Shown here: in pieces, positions 10,843 to 21,127 of the stretch
How the letters are laid out: every line of letters begins with the position of its first letter
Position numbering within the stretch: the stretch's first letter is position 1
DNA from: Sedimenticolaceae bacterium
GTDB lineage: Bacteria > Pseudomonadota > Gammaproteobacteria > Chromatiales > Chromatiaceae
NCBI GenBank assembly: GCA_050294655.1
Contig: JBNKOL010000077.1
Span: 22,428 to 86,427 of the forward strand
Direction: 5' to 3'
DNA length: 64,000 nt
The notes under the pieces: generated by a model
Seen by the model: the letters and a program-made list of their open reading frames with translations, nothing else
Databases searched by the model: none
Told to the model about the DNA's origin: nothing
Translations under genes and position numbers: made by a program

Positions 10843-12033
10843 ATGTTCTACCAATACATATTGCGATTTGTAGTGTTCCTGTATGGTGGGTTCTTAGGGA
10901 TTATCTCGCACTTTCCTCGTAGAAAAATCAGATCAGAAGGTAAGGCGGAGGTACTTGCTACAGGGACTTTTTATTCCGACAACTGGCTTGTAACGCATCT
11001 TAAACCCTTAGCGATGAGCAAAGAAGTATCGGTGGTTAAAATGGTTTCAATAACGCCAGTTCCAGATATTGAAAACGTAGTCGGTGTCTATCCACCAGAT
11101 GGTTTGCGGAGGATATTTGGCAATGTTCCTGCGCGCCTTCTCTATTATTTTTGGCTTGCGATCAAATCAAGACCAGATTACTTGTTGGGTTTTCACCTCT
11201 TGATAAACGGCATGGCAACAATCCTAATTGCAAGGCTTGTTGGTGCACGATCCATATATATTTGTGGTGGAGGGCCTAGGGAAGTGCAAGGTGGGGGTAT
11301 TGATACAGAAAGCAAAATATTTAATAGACTTGCTAAGCCGGATTTATTTATCGAGAAGAGACTTATTAAGGCATTGGATATCTGTGATCTGGTTGTGACT
11401 ATGGGGACAGGAGCCAAGGAATATTTTCAGTCAAAGAGCGTGAAATCACGAATCGAAATAATACCAGGCGGGTTTGATTCAGATAAGTTTTCTCCTTCAA
11501 ACAACGAGAAGGAATATGACTTGATTCTGATTGGGCGGTTATCGAAAGTAAAGCGAGTGGATATCTTTCTTTCAGCGATTGAGATTGCGAAAAAAACAAA
11601 AAAAGATATCAAGGCTGTAGTTGTTGGTGATGGTCCTGATTCTCAGCTTTTGAAGTCACAATGTAAGAAAATTGGTTTAGAGGACAATGTAGTATTTGCT
11701 GGTTGGCAAAATAATGTGGAAGAGTGGCTGCGGAACTCAAGAGTTTTTGTTTTAACTTCGGAGTCTGAGGGGCTTTCGCAAGCATTAATACAAGGCATGT
11801 TGGCTGGCTTGCCTGCGGTGGTATCGGATATCGGTGATCTCTCAGATCTCGTGGTCAACGGAAAAAATGGATACCTCATAAATAAACTGGAGCCGGAGCT
11901 GTTCGCTGATGCCTTTATTTCTGTTTTGCAGAATGATAAACATTATGCAGAACTATCTGAATGTGCGTTTCGGGACACAAGAAAGTTTAGCTATGAGCAA
12001 GTATCTAAAAAGTGGAATGACTTACTTGGGTAA
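10843..12033 (+). CDS. Glycosyltransferase family 4
   Basis: IGRLSKVKR, VGDGP, FVLTSESEGLSQALIQGMLAGLPAVVSDIG. Confidence 0.92.
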   Translation: MFYQYILRFVVFLYGGFLGIISHFPRRKIRSEGKAEVLATGTFYSDNWLVTHLKPLAMSKEVSVVKMVSITPVPDIENVVGVYPPDGLRRIFGNVPARLLYYFWLAIKSRPDYLLGFHLLINGMATILIARLVGARSIYICGGGPREVQGGGIDTESKIFNRLAKPDLFIEKRLIKALDICDLVVTMGTGAKEYFQSKSVKSRIEIIPGGFDSDKFSPSNNEKEYDLILIGRLSKVKRVDIFLSAIEIAKKTKKDIKAVVVGDGPDSQLLKSQCKKIGLEDNVVFAGWQNNVEEWLRNSRVFVLTSESEGLSQALIQGMLAGLPAVVSDIGDLSDLVVNGKNGYLINKLEPELFADAFISVLQNDKHYAELSECAFRDTRKFSYEQVSKKWNDLLG

Positions 12034-12090
12034 GTATGTGGAATGAGGTTGTTGCGGTGTATTCGAAAATCAAGGTAAGTGCATGAAGTG

Positions 12091-13218
12091 TCAGCTGTCC
12101 AGAATGTCTTTGTATACGTTGTATGTCTTTTTGGCGACCACGTCAAGATGAAATCTTTCCTGTGCGATTTGCTTTGAGCAGTGCTGCATGCGTACTTTTA
12201 GTTCCTCATCACATAAAATTTGTCTAATACGTTTTGCAATGTCATTGACATTGCTTGGATTGACGAGAAAACCGCTCTCGCCATCTTTTACCATATAGGG
12301 CATTCCGCACATATTTGAAGTGACAACTGGCACGCCGGCGGCCATTGCTTCTTCGATTCCCATGGGGGAATTCTCTTCGTATGAGACAAGCGCGAAGATG
12401 GATGCTTGAGTCAAGTGTTTTTGAATTTCGCTGCTATTGATACGGCCAAGAAGCTTGATATTGTTCTCCAGTTTATGATCAGTAATTGTTTTAGTAACTT
12501 TATCCCCATATTCAGTGTTTGCAACAGAACCGGCTAAGCGAAGTTCAACATCGAGCCCTTGCTGTAATAGGGTTTCGACGGCGTAAATTAAATTAAGTGT
12601 GTTCTTGCGTGGTGAAATGACTGCCGCGCTGAAGACCACGGGCTTCGACTCTTTTCGGGGAAGATCAAAAAAATCAAAAGAAATTGGGTTGTCTATATCA
12701 TGAATGATAGATTGACTGTACCTCGATACCCGTTCACGGACATATGGACTTATTGATATGATATGAGGTTGATCTGCCCAGCTCTTTGTTTCTACATATT
12801 TCCATAAAAGGGATCGCAGCCAAGGTAGTTTTTTTCTGGAAAGCAAGGTGTCGCCATAGATAAAGCCATGTACCGTAAACACCCTTGGTAGAGTAATGCC
12901 CTGTATCATGATTCCATATGTGTCATGTGCATGAATAATATCGGGGGCAAGCTTGTAAATATATTGTCTTATTGTTTTTGCACCAGAAAAAAGCGCATTT
13001 AAAATCTCATTGCTGTGTGTTCTTGGTAGGCGATGGATGGTTGCTCCCTGTGATTCATACACCTCAGGTTGAGTTATATCCTTATCCAAGGTAATTACAT
13101 CAATATTTAATTCGCTGAATTTGCTCAATCCTCTTACAAGGTTGACGCTTACAGCTTCAACACCACCGTAAGGATAGGACGGATCACGAGGAAACTGAGT
13201 GATGATTGCTAATTTCAT
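12091..13218 (-). CDS. Glycosyltransferase family 4
   Basis: YGGVE, DIIHAH, SYEENSPMGIEEAMAAGVPVV (EX7E). Confidence 0.93.
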   Translation of the reverse strand: MKLAIITQFPRDPSYPYGGVEAVSVNLVRGLSKFSELNIDVITLDKDITQPEVYESQGATIHRLPRTHSNEILNALFSGAKTIRQYIYKLAPDIIHAHDTYGIMIQGITLPRVFTVHGFIYGDTLLSRKKLPWLRSLLWKYVETKSWADQPHIISISPYVRERVSRYSQSIIHDIDNPISFDFFDLPRKESKPVVFSAAVISPRKNTLNLIYAVETLLQQGLDVELRLAGSVANTEYGDKVTKTITDHKLENNIKLLGRINSSEIQKHLTQASIFALVSYEENSPMGIEEAMAAGVPVVTSNMCGMPYMVKDGESGFLVNPSNVNDIAKRIRQILCDEELKVRMQHCSKQIAQERFHLDVVAKKTYNVYKDILDS

Positions 13219-13238
13219 GTTTAAATTTACTTGCGTAA

Positions 13239-14360
13239 TTAGATAGTTGACTCGAAGATTTGTAGAAACCTTCGCATGGCTATATCAATAGAGTGATTTT
13301 CCAAATAATAACGTTTGGCGTTACTGGAGAGCTTATTCCAAAGATCCTTGTCAGTTTTTAGTTTGGCTAACACTCGAACAAATTCAGTGGTTGAGTTTGC
13401 AATTATGCCAAGTTCTTGCGTGGATATCAGGTTATCCGGATTAATGGTGGAAACAACAGGTATGCCGTGACTCCATGCTTCAATGAAGGTGTTTGGGAAA
13501 CCTTCATGGATAGATGTGTTGCACAAAACTGATGCATGCTGATATCTTTTGTTGAGTCGATCCCTATCTAATTTACCATGCAATACTACGTTCTTTAGCT
13601 GTTTTGCTTGAGATAGAAAATTTTGGTAGTAGTCGTGTTCCTGGTCTTCACCGCCGGCAATTTCGAATATGATGTCTGGAGCCGATGCGGCTATTTCAAG
13701 TAAAACCTCTGCTCTCTTGACGCTTGCTATACGACCAACCCATATAACACGAAACTCACCATCATGCATGTGGCCAGAGTGACTGAGGCTGGTCGGGGGA
13801 GGCGAGATTGGCATAGGTAAAACATGGGAGTTTAGACTAAAACCAGTTCTTAGCATCGACTGTTGAATAGATGTTTGGGTAATAATTGCGTCGGAATGAG
13901 TTAGCCCATACTTATATAGCAATCTCTCTCGGTAGGTGTGTAATGTAGGTAAGTTGGGGTCGCAGTCGGGATCGCTTGCTACTGAGTAAATAAATTTTCT
14001 TCTGTTTATTCTACACCATAGTGCCACTTGCCCAGTCACATACTCTGCACAATTTTGGTAATATACATCAGCATCAGCGCGTTTGAGCGCCTTAATAAGT
14101 GAAGTCCATCGAGGATGGAAAAACTTGATAAGGGGAATGCCATCCGATCTCTTGCATAATTTTATTACCCTTACGCCGTTAATGTATTCGTCATCAGACG
14201 AGCTTTCATTCCACGTAACAATCGATATATTGTGATCGGTATTTTCAGCCAGCCATTTCGCGAGTAATGCGGTTTGTGTTTCAACACCGCCAATATGACC
14301 GGATGTGTTGCCTACCATCGCACTGTAGGCAAAAGGTGAAATGATACAGATGTTAGGCAT
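13239..14360 (-). CDS. Glycosyltransferase family 4
   Basis: GGVETQ, WVGRIASVKR, TSIHEGFPNTFIEAWSHGIPVV. Confidence 0.93.
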   Translation of the reverse strand: MPNICIISPFAYSAMVGNTSGHIGGVETQTALLAKWLAENTDHNISIVTWNESSSDDEYINGVRVIKLCKRSDGIPLIKFFHPRWTSLIKALKRADADVYYQNCAEYVTGQVALWCRINRRKFIYSVASDPDCDPNLPTLHTYRERLLYKYGLTHSDAIITQTSIQQSMLRTGFSLNSHVLPMPISPPPTSLSHSGHMHDGEFRVIWVGRIASVKRAEVLLEIAASAPDIIFEIAGGEDQEHDYYQNFLSQAKQLKNVVLHGKLDRDRLNKRYQHASVLCNTSIHEGFPNTFIEAWSHGIPVVSTINPDNLISTQELGIIANSTTEFVRVLAKLKTDKDLWNKLSSNAKRYYLENHSIDIAMRRFLQIFESTI

Positions 14361-14469
14361 GGCGAGTATTATGTTAAGTCACTAGTGTCGGGGTGAATGC
14401 TCAAATCGAGTCAATCGGGTAAAGATTATGTCATCTCGATTGGCATGATCTCATTCTCTAAGTACTAGA

Positions 14470-15510
14470 GATAATGGCGTTTCTGCGAAAAAATCGGCTA
14501 GACTTCAAATTCTGTAAAATAGAATTGAGGATGGTATTGAAATTGTGTGATTTCATGAAACTGGTGATCAAGACTCGAATTTTCAATGCATTCCCCAAAA
14601 TACCGAAATTTGATTTGCTATGCAGGTACTGATTGATCAGTTTGAAGAGCAATTCCATCAGCTGAAATAACGCAAGAGTTCCATGATCTACAGAACTTGA
14701 AGGAAGAACTTTGTGATTCCAAAGGCAAACAGCTTGTTGGCGGCGGCCTTGTGGTGTTTGGTCAGGCAAAGCTTCGCGGGATAGTAGAGAGACATTGATG
14801 TGCTGGCGAACACCCGGGTTTGGCCATGGCACTGTCCAATCTACTTGTCTGCGGGGTGAAGGTGGATTGTGCGGAACAGCAGATTTGCTTTGGCTTGCGC
14901 GGTATATAGCCGCTGCAGCGGATACAGGAGATTGAAGTCTGAGTAACCTCGATCCATGATGAGTTGGGTGCCAGGCGCTTGTAACAGCAGATCGAGTACC
15001 TTGACGTCGTTGTGTCGCAAGCGTCGTCGAAGGATATGCAAAGACAGATACCCCATAGCCAGTGGAAAAACTGCTATTCCTATGTATATTCAATGATCGC
15101 TCCAACCCTGAGTGACGGGTTAAAGCGTGCTTCCGACTGGGTCGCAGATTCAAGCCGGAGACAGGCAGAGATGGCATATTATTTCATTAAGAACAGTATG
15201 TTAGGTTGATTGAAGCCATATACTTCGGAAACTATTACATTATATAGTAAATCACTGCTGTTCCGTACAATTTCCTGTGGTCAGCGGTTATGTTTGACAT
15301 GGATGGCTGTTAGGATTTGATGGATCGTCGAATTGCTGAACATGCAGCCCCACCCTCAAGCATCGATTGAGCTGAAGCGGTCGTGGTATCAGCTTTGCGC
15401 TCCGGACCATCTGACTTGATAAGCTTGAAGTAAGGCGTCAAAAAAAGATAGAGGCAACATAGAGTCCAAACTCTGAATCGCGTTTGTATCATGTGTAGCT
15501 ATCGGACAGC
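14470..15510 (-). pseudogene. Heavily decayed IS4-family transposase
   Basis: Fragments in different frames: HNDVKVLDLLL..PG...IMDRGYSDF...AKANLLFRTI..HPADK and MELLFKLINQYL..KSNFG...NALK.RVLI. They match IS4 DDE blocks (DRGY; W.VELFFKWIKQHL.IK.F.G.SENAVK.QIW). Boundaries approximate. Confidence 0.75.
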
Positions 15511-15898
15511 TTTTGCTTTTCAGGGAATGTTACACTAAGGCCTCATATAAATTAGGATATTTAGAAACGAGGGGCCAGAGGGGTGGAGCCGGTTCTCGTG
15601 GTGTTGAGCAATAAAGCTTGATATTCAAAGGGTTAAAGGAATAGTATATGTCTGGTATTAGTGGGTTTTATAAGTAAGAATCTACACTCGATATTTTTAA
15701 ATGGAGCGGTTTTGCCAGGAGTAACAGCTATATAACACTCCTGGAGTTGCTGCCGAAGATGATATAACAGCCTTAAAGGGATGCATGGAGATTGTTACCA
15801 CCAGGTCGCGCCACTATGGTGGTTTCCATATTTCGCAGAAAACGAAGTGATTTCACCGAGCTGATAGAATTGAAGATGTACTCATCGGATAGATAATA

Positions 15899-16939
15899 AT
15901 GAAGAATCTGTTTCTGAGATTTCTTTACCATATAGGATTTGTGAGGCTATGGTGCGTTATCAGAAGGAATAAAATTACCATCCTGACACTCCATGGGGTA
16001 ATGGATACAGGAGTTGCGGCCGAATGGGAGCCGCTTCGCCCTAGAACCTCCAGAGAGCTATTTGATGATACGCTGAATTTGGCTGTGAGGTATTTTAACT
16101 TCATTTCCATCGATGAGGCGGTCGACATGCTGAAGGGCACGAGTCCCGTCAAAAGTAACAGCTGTGTAGTAACCATCGATGATGGACAGTTGAATAATCT
16201 ACAACTCGCGTTACCGATCCTCAGAAAATACAACATTCCCGTGGTGTTCTATCCAACTACTGGAGCGTTGGAACAGACCACTCCTTACTGGTTTGACCGC
16301 TTAGACTATGCAATTCAACAGGCAGGTCTTGATGGTCTAAAGATTAATGTGGGAGGAATAGAGGTCGGGATTGATCAATCATCGCGAAAAAGCATGGCCC
16401 TATCCCTGTCTAAACTGATCAAGAGTTTGAAGTCCAAAGATCAGACAGAGGAGAGTTTTCAGAGTCAAATAAACCAGATCAGCTCTTACCTGGAAAACGT
16501 GAGCGGCAAGAGCATTGATGACATTGGGAGTGGAGATCTCTGGTCTTCCACGATGTCCAAGCAGGAAATCGTAGCTTGTGCCGAGATGGATGACGTGACT
16601 CTTGGCAGTCATACTGTCAATCATGTTCGGCTACCATTCGTTGATGAGGATGGAATGAAGAGAGAGCTGAAAGATTCCAAGCTGACATTGGAGGGGCTGA
16701 TGAAGCGGTCTTGTCTCCACTTCTGCTATCCAAATGGTGACTGGGACGCGCGCTCCGCGCATGCAGTTCAGGATGCAGGGTATGTTTCAGCCGTCACCAC
16801 GGATGTAGGATGTAATGCGGTGGGGGACAATCTCTATCAACTGAAGAGATATTCTTTTCCTGTAAAAGGGACACCAATCAAGGCGCTTTTTTCAATAGCC
16901 GGGATCATGCATTTCTTTAGTAAGGCACTGCAGGTCTGA
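15899..16939 (+). CDS. Polysaccharide deacetylase (CE4/NodB)
   Basis: TIDDG, GSHTVNH, FCYPNG, AGY.SAVTT motifs. Confidence 0.93.
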   Translation: MKNLFLRFLYHIGFVRLWCVIRRNKITILTLHGVMDTGVAAEWEPLRPRTSRELFDDTLNLAVRYFNFISIDEAVDMLKGTSPVKSNSCVVTIDDGQLNNLQLALPILRKYNIPVVFYPTTGALEQTTPYWFDRLDYAIQQAGLDGLKINVGGIEVGIDQSSRKSMALSLSKLIKSLKSKDQTEESFQSQINQISSYLENVSGKSIDDIGSGDLWSSTMSKQEIVACAEMDDVTLGSHTVNHVRLPFVDEDGMKRELKDSKLTLEGLMKRSCLHFCYPNGDWDARSAHAVQDAGYVSAVTTDVGCNAVGDNLYQLKRYSFPVKGTPIKALFSIAGIMHFFSKALQV

Positions 16940-16981
16940 ATGTTAATTTCGCATCGTTGACCGCGCATTTGGCTGCAGGGC

Positions 16982-17614
16982 TCAGGGTACTAGTAGTTGC
17001 GCATGTCGCGCGCAAAGCCGGGCAGGGATCGTTTGGATATTGAGTAGCCTGGCTGTGGCAAAGCGGTGCCAGCCGTCATTGAGTATGATACTGCCATCTC
17101 GCGCAAGATTGACCGTCACCTCATCCATTAACTCCAGGATGCTTTCCAGCTTTCCCTCCTCATAAAGCTGATGGTTGCTTTTGTAACCCCCTTTCTGAAT
17201 GAGATTATACAGGCGATCACATTTTTCGAATCGTTGCTGGAGAGCCTCCGGTGAATGATATTCGCCTCGAAACGGCTCTCCCTGCTCGATTTTCTTCAAT
17301 GCAAACTCGAAAAAAGGCGTGTTCTCCCAGGGTTCTCCTTCAGCAAAATGCTGAACGTACGACCGATACAACAGGTGAGATTCGACCGGAATGAGGTGTT
17401 GGTCCCAATCACCGTCCTGGTAACCCCCCAGGAATCGCTTGGGGGGGAACTGGCTTTCCGGCGTTTGTCCGAATTTGATGGCACCAGGCTCGATGAGCAT
17501 CATATCGTTGATATGTCCCCGGGATACCAGGTTCAGGTAGAGCCATCTGCCTTTTCGGTATAGCGTTTTGGATATTGTCAGCAGTGAGTGTGACTGTCGG
17601 CGAGGTGAGTTCAT
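16982..17614 (-). CDS. Hypothetical protein with C-terminal ParB/Srx-like motif
   Basis: IQKGGY...VTVNLARDG.IILNDGWHRFATARLLNIQTIPA; ATG at 17614 chosen as start. Confidence 0.6.
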   Translation of the reverse strand: MNSPRRQSHSLLTISKTLYRKGRWLYLNLVSRGHINDMMLIEPGAIKFGQTPESQFPPKRFLGGYQDGDWDQHLIPVESHLLYRSYVQHFAEGEPWENTPFFEFALKKIEQGEPFRGEYHSPEALQQRFEKCDRLYNLIQKGGYKSNHQLYEEGKLESILELMDEVTVNLARDGSIILNDGWHRFATARLLNIQTIPARLCARHAQLLVP

Positions 17615-17902
17615 GCGGGAGTCAGTTCTGATCTGAGTGCTTAAGTGCGTTTCGCTGGGAAATGGCAAGTACGCATTTGAAGTTAAGGATGCGCCCCAGT
17701 TCCACATTTGGGCTGTCGATCGGTAATGGTTGCAATTGCTCGCAGTATAAATAATGCAGCGGGTTTCAGGATCGGCCCTAAGGGTATCAGACCTTGCTAT
17801 GCGGAGAGAATAGCTATTGGGTACCAGGCATCGCGCCTTGCGCTACAGGAAATTCCAGATGACTGAATCGGTGTGGCGGCGCCTGTTAAAGCCACCAGTC
17901 CC

Positions 17903-18286
17903 TTAACTTATTTCGATCAGGATGATCTGGGAGTAGCTGCTTTCGAGGCCGTCCGTGTCAAAGGCTGAGACGGCAAAATAGTAGCTGCCGGAGGACAGAC
18001 CGGTGACGGTGTATTCAGTGTTGGAGTTGCCTTCCAGATCGACCAGCGGGGCCATGTTGCCAATAGTGGTTCCCCTGTAGATGCGGTAGCTGGCGAGTTG
18101 GTTCACTGGCAGGTATGATCCGTCCGCGCGTGTGCTGGGTGCAGTCCAGGAAAGGTTGACCGTCTCCCCTGTGCGGATGGTTTGCGAGGCGGTTGGGGTT
18201 TCGCTGGAAGTCGACCCAGTAGTGCCACAGCCGCTCAGTAGGGATACGGTCGCTGTGAGTGCCAGAATCTGAATAAATCTGCGCAT
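17903..18286 (-). CDS. Fibronectin type III domain lipoprotein
   Basis: Lipobox LSGC, Ser/Thr linker, LSWTAPS...YRIY.G...YTVTGL..G.YYFAVSAFD. Confidence 0.85.
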   Translation of the reverse strand: MRRFIQILALTATVSLLSGCGTTGSTSSETPTASQTIRTGETVNLSWTAPSTRADGSYLPVNQLASYRIYRGTTIGNMAPLVDLEGNSNTEYTVTGLSSGSYYFAVSAFDTDGLESSYSQIILIEIS

Positions 18287-18465
18287 AGTGCTCGACGAAA
18301 CTCTTGAATCTGGTTGAAGAAACACGATGTTAAGCCAAAGGTGACGGTGTATGGAGTCAGCCAATTCGCTTTTTTTTGCATTTTATAGATATATGCGAAA
18401 TAAGTGTGCCTGAATTGCCAAAACTGTGATTCCGGTCAAACGAAAACCGATCAAACCCTACTGAA

Positions 18466-21102
18466 TTACTCGGGCATACGGGCTGTCACGGCTTGTTTTA
18501 GGCATTCGAGCTGGTCTTCATCGAGGATCGGATCGTTTTTACGGTCGGTGATGAAGAAGATATCCTCGACTTCGGCGCCGAGGGTGGTGATCTTCGCATG
18601 CTGCAGACGGATCTTACAGCTTGCGAACGCCTGGCCCACGTCAGAGAGCAGGCCGGGACGATCGAGGGTGATCAGACGCATGGCGGTACGGTGCAGGTTC
18701 GGCTCCTGGGTGAAATAGACCTGGGTCGAGGTGTCGAAATGCTTGTGTCGCCGCGGGATACTGCGTGAGACCGTGAGTGGTTGGTCACCCTCCTGAGTCA
18801 GTCCTTCACGCAGGGTTCCAATGATCTCTTGCATGCGCTGACCGGGCTCCACCGGGCTGCCGTCCTGCTCCAGTACCAGGAAGGAGTTGAGTGAAAAGCC
18901 TGCTGTGGTACTCATGACCCGGGCATTGACAATGGAGAGTGCGAGCTGGTCGAGCAGGGTGGTGATGACAGCGAAGAGGTTATCCCGGTCGATGCCGTAG
19001 AAGAGCACCTCGGTGCCGCCCCGTTTGGCGGTCTGGCGCATCTTAATCAACGGCAGTTCATGCGCCGGTGTGGCAAGAATCGCCTGTGTGTGGCGCTGGA
19101 TCGCATTCGGGGAATGGGTCAGAAAATACTCGTTATTGAAGGTCTTCCAAAGCTTGCGGATAGCTGTTTCATCCAGCCCGGCCGACTGTAGCAACTGAAA
19201 TAACGCCGCCTCCTGTTTCTCTCTGACCAGCTCCTCCTGTGCCAGCGGGTTCTCCAACCCCCTGAGCAGTGCCCGCCGGGTGGCGTTGAAGAGGTCGCGT
19301 AACAGGGAATCCTTCCAGGAGTTCCAGGCGGCCGGATTGGTAGCGCGGCTGTCGGCGAAGGTCAGCAGATAGAGATAGGTCAGGCGGTTGATGTCGCCTA
19401 CCAGGGCGGCGAACTCCTGCACCACGTCCGGGTCAGTGATGTCTTTGCGCTGCGCCGTCATGGACATCACCAGGTGGTTGCGCACCAGCCAACTCACCAA
19501 GTGGCTGTCGTACTCGCTCAGGTGGTGCAGACGGCAGAACTCCAGCGCGTCAAGAGCGCCCAGCTCAGAGTGATTACCCCCGCGTCCCTTGGCGATGTCA
19601 TGGAACAAGGCTGCCATATAGATCAGCTCTTCCTTCGGCAGGGTGCGCATCAGCTGGGTGCAGAAGGGGTACTCATCGGCGTATTTATTCACTGTCAAGC
19701 GACGTAGATTGCGCACCACCATCAGCGTGTGTTCGTCCACGGTGTAAACGTGGAAGAGGTCATACTGCATGCGCCCGACGATGTTCTCGAAGATCGGGAT
19801 ATAGGCGGCCAGCACACCGTAGATGTTCATTCGGCGCATGGCGCGAGTGATGCCTCGGGGGCGGCGCAGGATTTCCATGAAGAGGCTTTGAGCGCGGATG
19901 TCCTGGCGGAATTGTTCGTCGATCAGGTAGGTGTGGTTGCGCACCAGACGGATGGTGCTGGCCCTGACGCCCTTGAGAGCGGGAGTCTCCTGTAGGATCA
20001 AAAAGAGCTCAAGCAAGGCAGTGGGGGTGCGCTCGAAAACCCGGTCATGGGTGACCTCAAGGAAATCACTGCGACTCTGGAAGCGGCGGTTGATTTCAAC
20101 CGGTTCACCCAGTTCGTTGCGCAGCAGGATGGCCTCCTGGAAATGCTGCAGCAGCATTTCGTTGAGTCGGCTCAGCTCCATCACCGTACGGTAGTAGTCG
20201 CGCATGAAGCACTCGACGGCCAGATTGGCGTAGTCATCGTCGTAGCCCAGTTGCGCGGCCAGGGTACGCTGATGGTCGAACAGTAGCCGGTCGTCGTGCC
20301 GTCCAGTCAGCAGGTGCAGGGCGAAGCGAACCCGCCATAGATGATTCTGGCCATCGATGAGGGTCTTGTATTCGGCCTCGGTGAGAAAATCGTGTCGCAC
20401 CAGATCGTGCAGGTCCTTGATCTGGAAGTGGCGCTTGGCCACCCAGCCGATGGTCTGGATGTCGCGCAGTCCTCCCGGGCTGTCTTTGACGTTGGGCTCC
20501 AGATTACTGATGCTGTCGTCCTGTTTCGCGTGGCGCTGGATCTGTTCCTTCCACTTGGCTTCGAAAAAAGTGTGGCTGCTCCACATCCGGTCCGGTCCGG
20601 TCGCCTCCAACATGGCCTGGAACAGGGGTTGGGAGCCGGCCAGTTGGCGCGCCTCGATGAGATTGGTGATGACGGTGATGTCCTGGGCTGCCTCCCTGAC
20701 ACAGTCGTCGATGGTGCGAACGCTGTGTCCGACCTCGAGGCCGATATCCCACAGCAGGGTGAGGAATTGCTCCAGGTTGGGTTTGAAGGACTCGAAATTC
20801 TTCTCGTTGTCGAGCAGGATCAGCAGATCGATGTCCGAACTCGGGTGAAGTTCTCCGCGCCCATAGCCACCGACCGCCACCAGCGAGGCCTCTGTGGCAT
20901 CTGAGAAATGAAGCTGCCACGCCCGCCGGAGAACCTCGTCCACCAGCCGGGCCCGCTCGCCCACCAGCTCGCTGGTGGGTGTGTTGCCGGCGGCAAAGCG
21001 CTCCTTGAGGTTCTCCGCATAGTGCTTGAGATAGGTTTTGCAGGGCTGTATGGGGGAGGTATTCGGCGCAAATGCCTCATTCAGGGCGGTGAAATCGATC
21101 AT
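18466..21102 (-). CDS. glnD: [Protein-PII] uridylyltransferase
   Basis: AVGGYGRGELHPSSDIDL, EPNVKDSPGGLRD, HD motif FHDIAKGRGG, two ACT domains; downstream of map. Confidence 0.98.
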   Translation of the reverse strand: MIDFTALNEAFAPNTSPIQPCKTYLKHYAENLKERFAAGNTPTSELVGERARLVDEVLRRAWQLHFSDATEASLVAVGGYGRGELHPSSDIDLLILLDNEKNFESFKPNLEQFLTLLWDIGLEVGHSVRTIDDCVREAAQDITVITNLIEARQLAGSQPLFQAMLEATGPDRMWSSHTFFEAKWKEQIQRHAKQDDSISNLEPNVKDSPGGLRDIQTIGWVAKRHFQIKDLHDLVRHDFLTEAEYKTLIDGQNHLWRVRFALHLLTGRHDDRLLFDHQRTLAAQLGYDDDYANLAVECFMRDYYRTVMELSRLNEMLLQHFQEAILLRNELGEPVEINRRFQSRSDFLEVTHDRVFERTPTALLELFLILQETPALKGVRASTIRLVRNHTYLIDEQFRQDIRAQSLFMEILRRPRGITRAMRRMNIYGVLAAYIPIFENIVGRMQYDLFHVYTVDEHTLMVVRNLRRLTVNKYADEYPFCTQLMRTLPKEELIYMAALFHDIAKGRGGNHSELGALDALEFCRLHHLSEYDSHLVSWLVRNHLVMSMTAQRKDITDPDVVQEFAALVGDINRLTYLYLLTFADSRATNPAAWNSWKDSLLRDLFNATRRALLRGLENPLAQEELVREKQEAALFQLLQSAGLDETAIRKLWKTFNNEYFLTHSPNAIQRHTQAILATPAHELPLIKMRQTAKRGGTEVLFYGIDRDNLFAVITTLLDQLALSIVNARVMSTTAGFSLNSFLVLEQDGSPVEPGQRMQEIIGTLREGLTQEGDQPLTVSRSIPRRHKHFDTSTQVYFTQEPNLHRTAMRLITLDRPGLLSDVGQAFASCKIRLQHAKITTLGAEVEDIFFITDRKNDPILDEDQLECLKQAVTARMPE

Positions 21103-21127
21103 CTGAATCCCCCCGCACTCTTTATGG

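Noticed and set aside
14458-15177. 239-aa ORF as a real gene
   Set aside because: Only its C-terminal part resembles IS4 transposase; it belongs to a decayed element.
18385-18420. Sigma-54-like GGCAC boxes upstream of the FN3 gene (also near 60160 and 63200)
   Set aside because: GG-to-GC spacing is 11-12 nt rather than the required 10.
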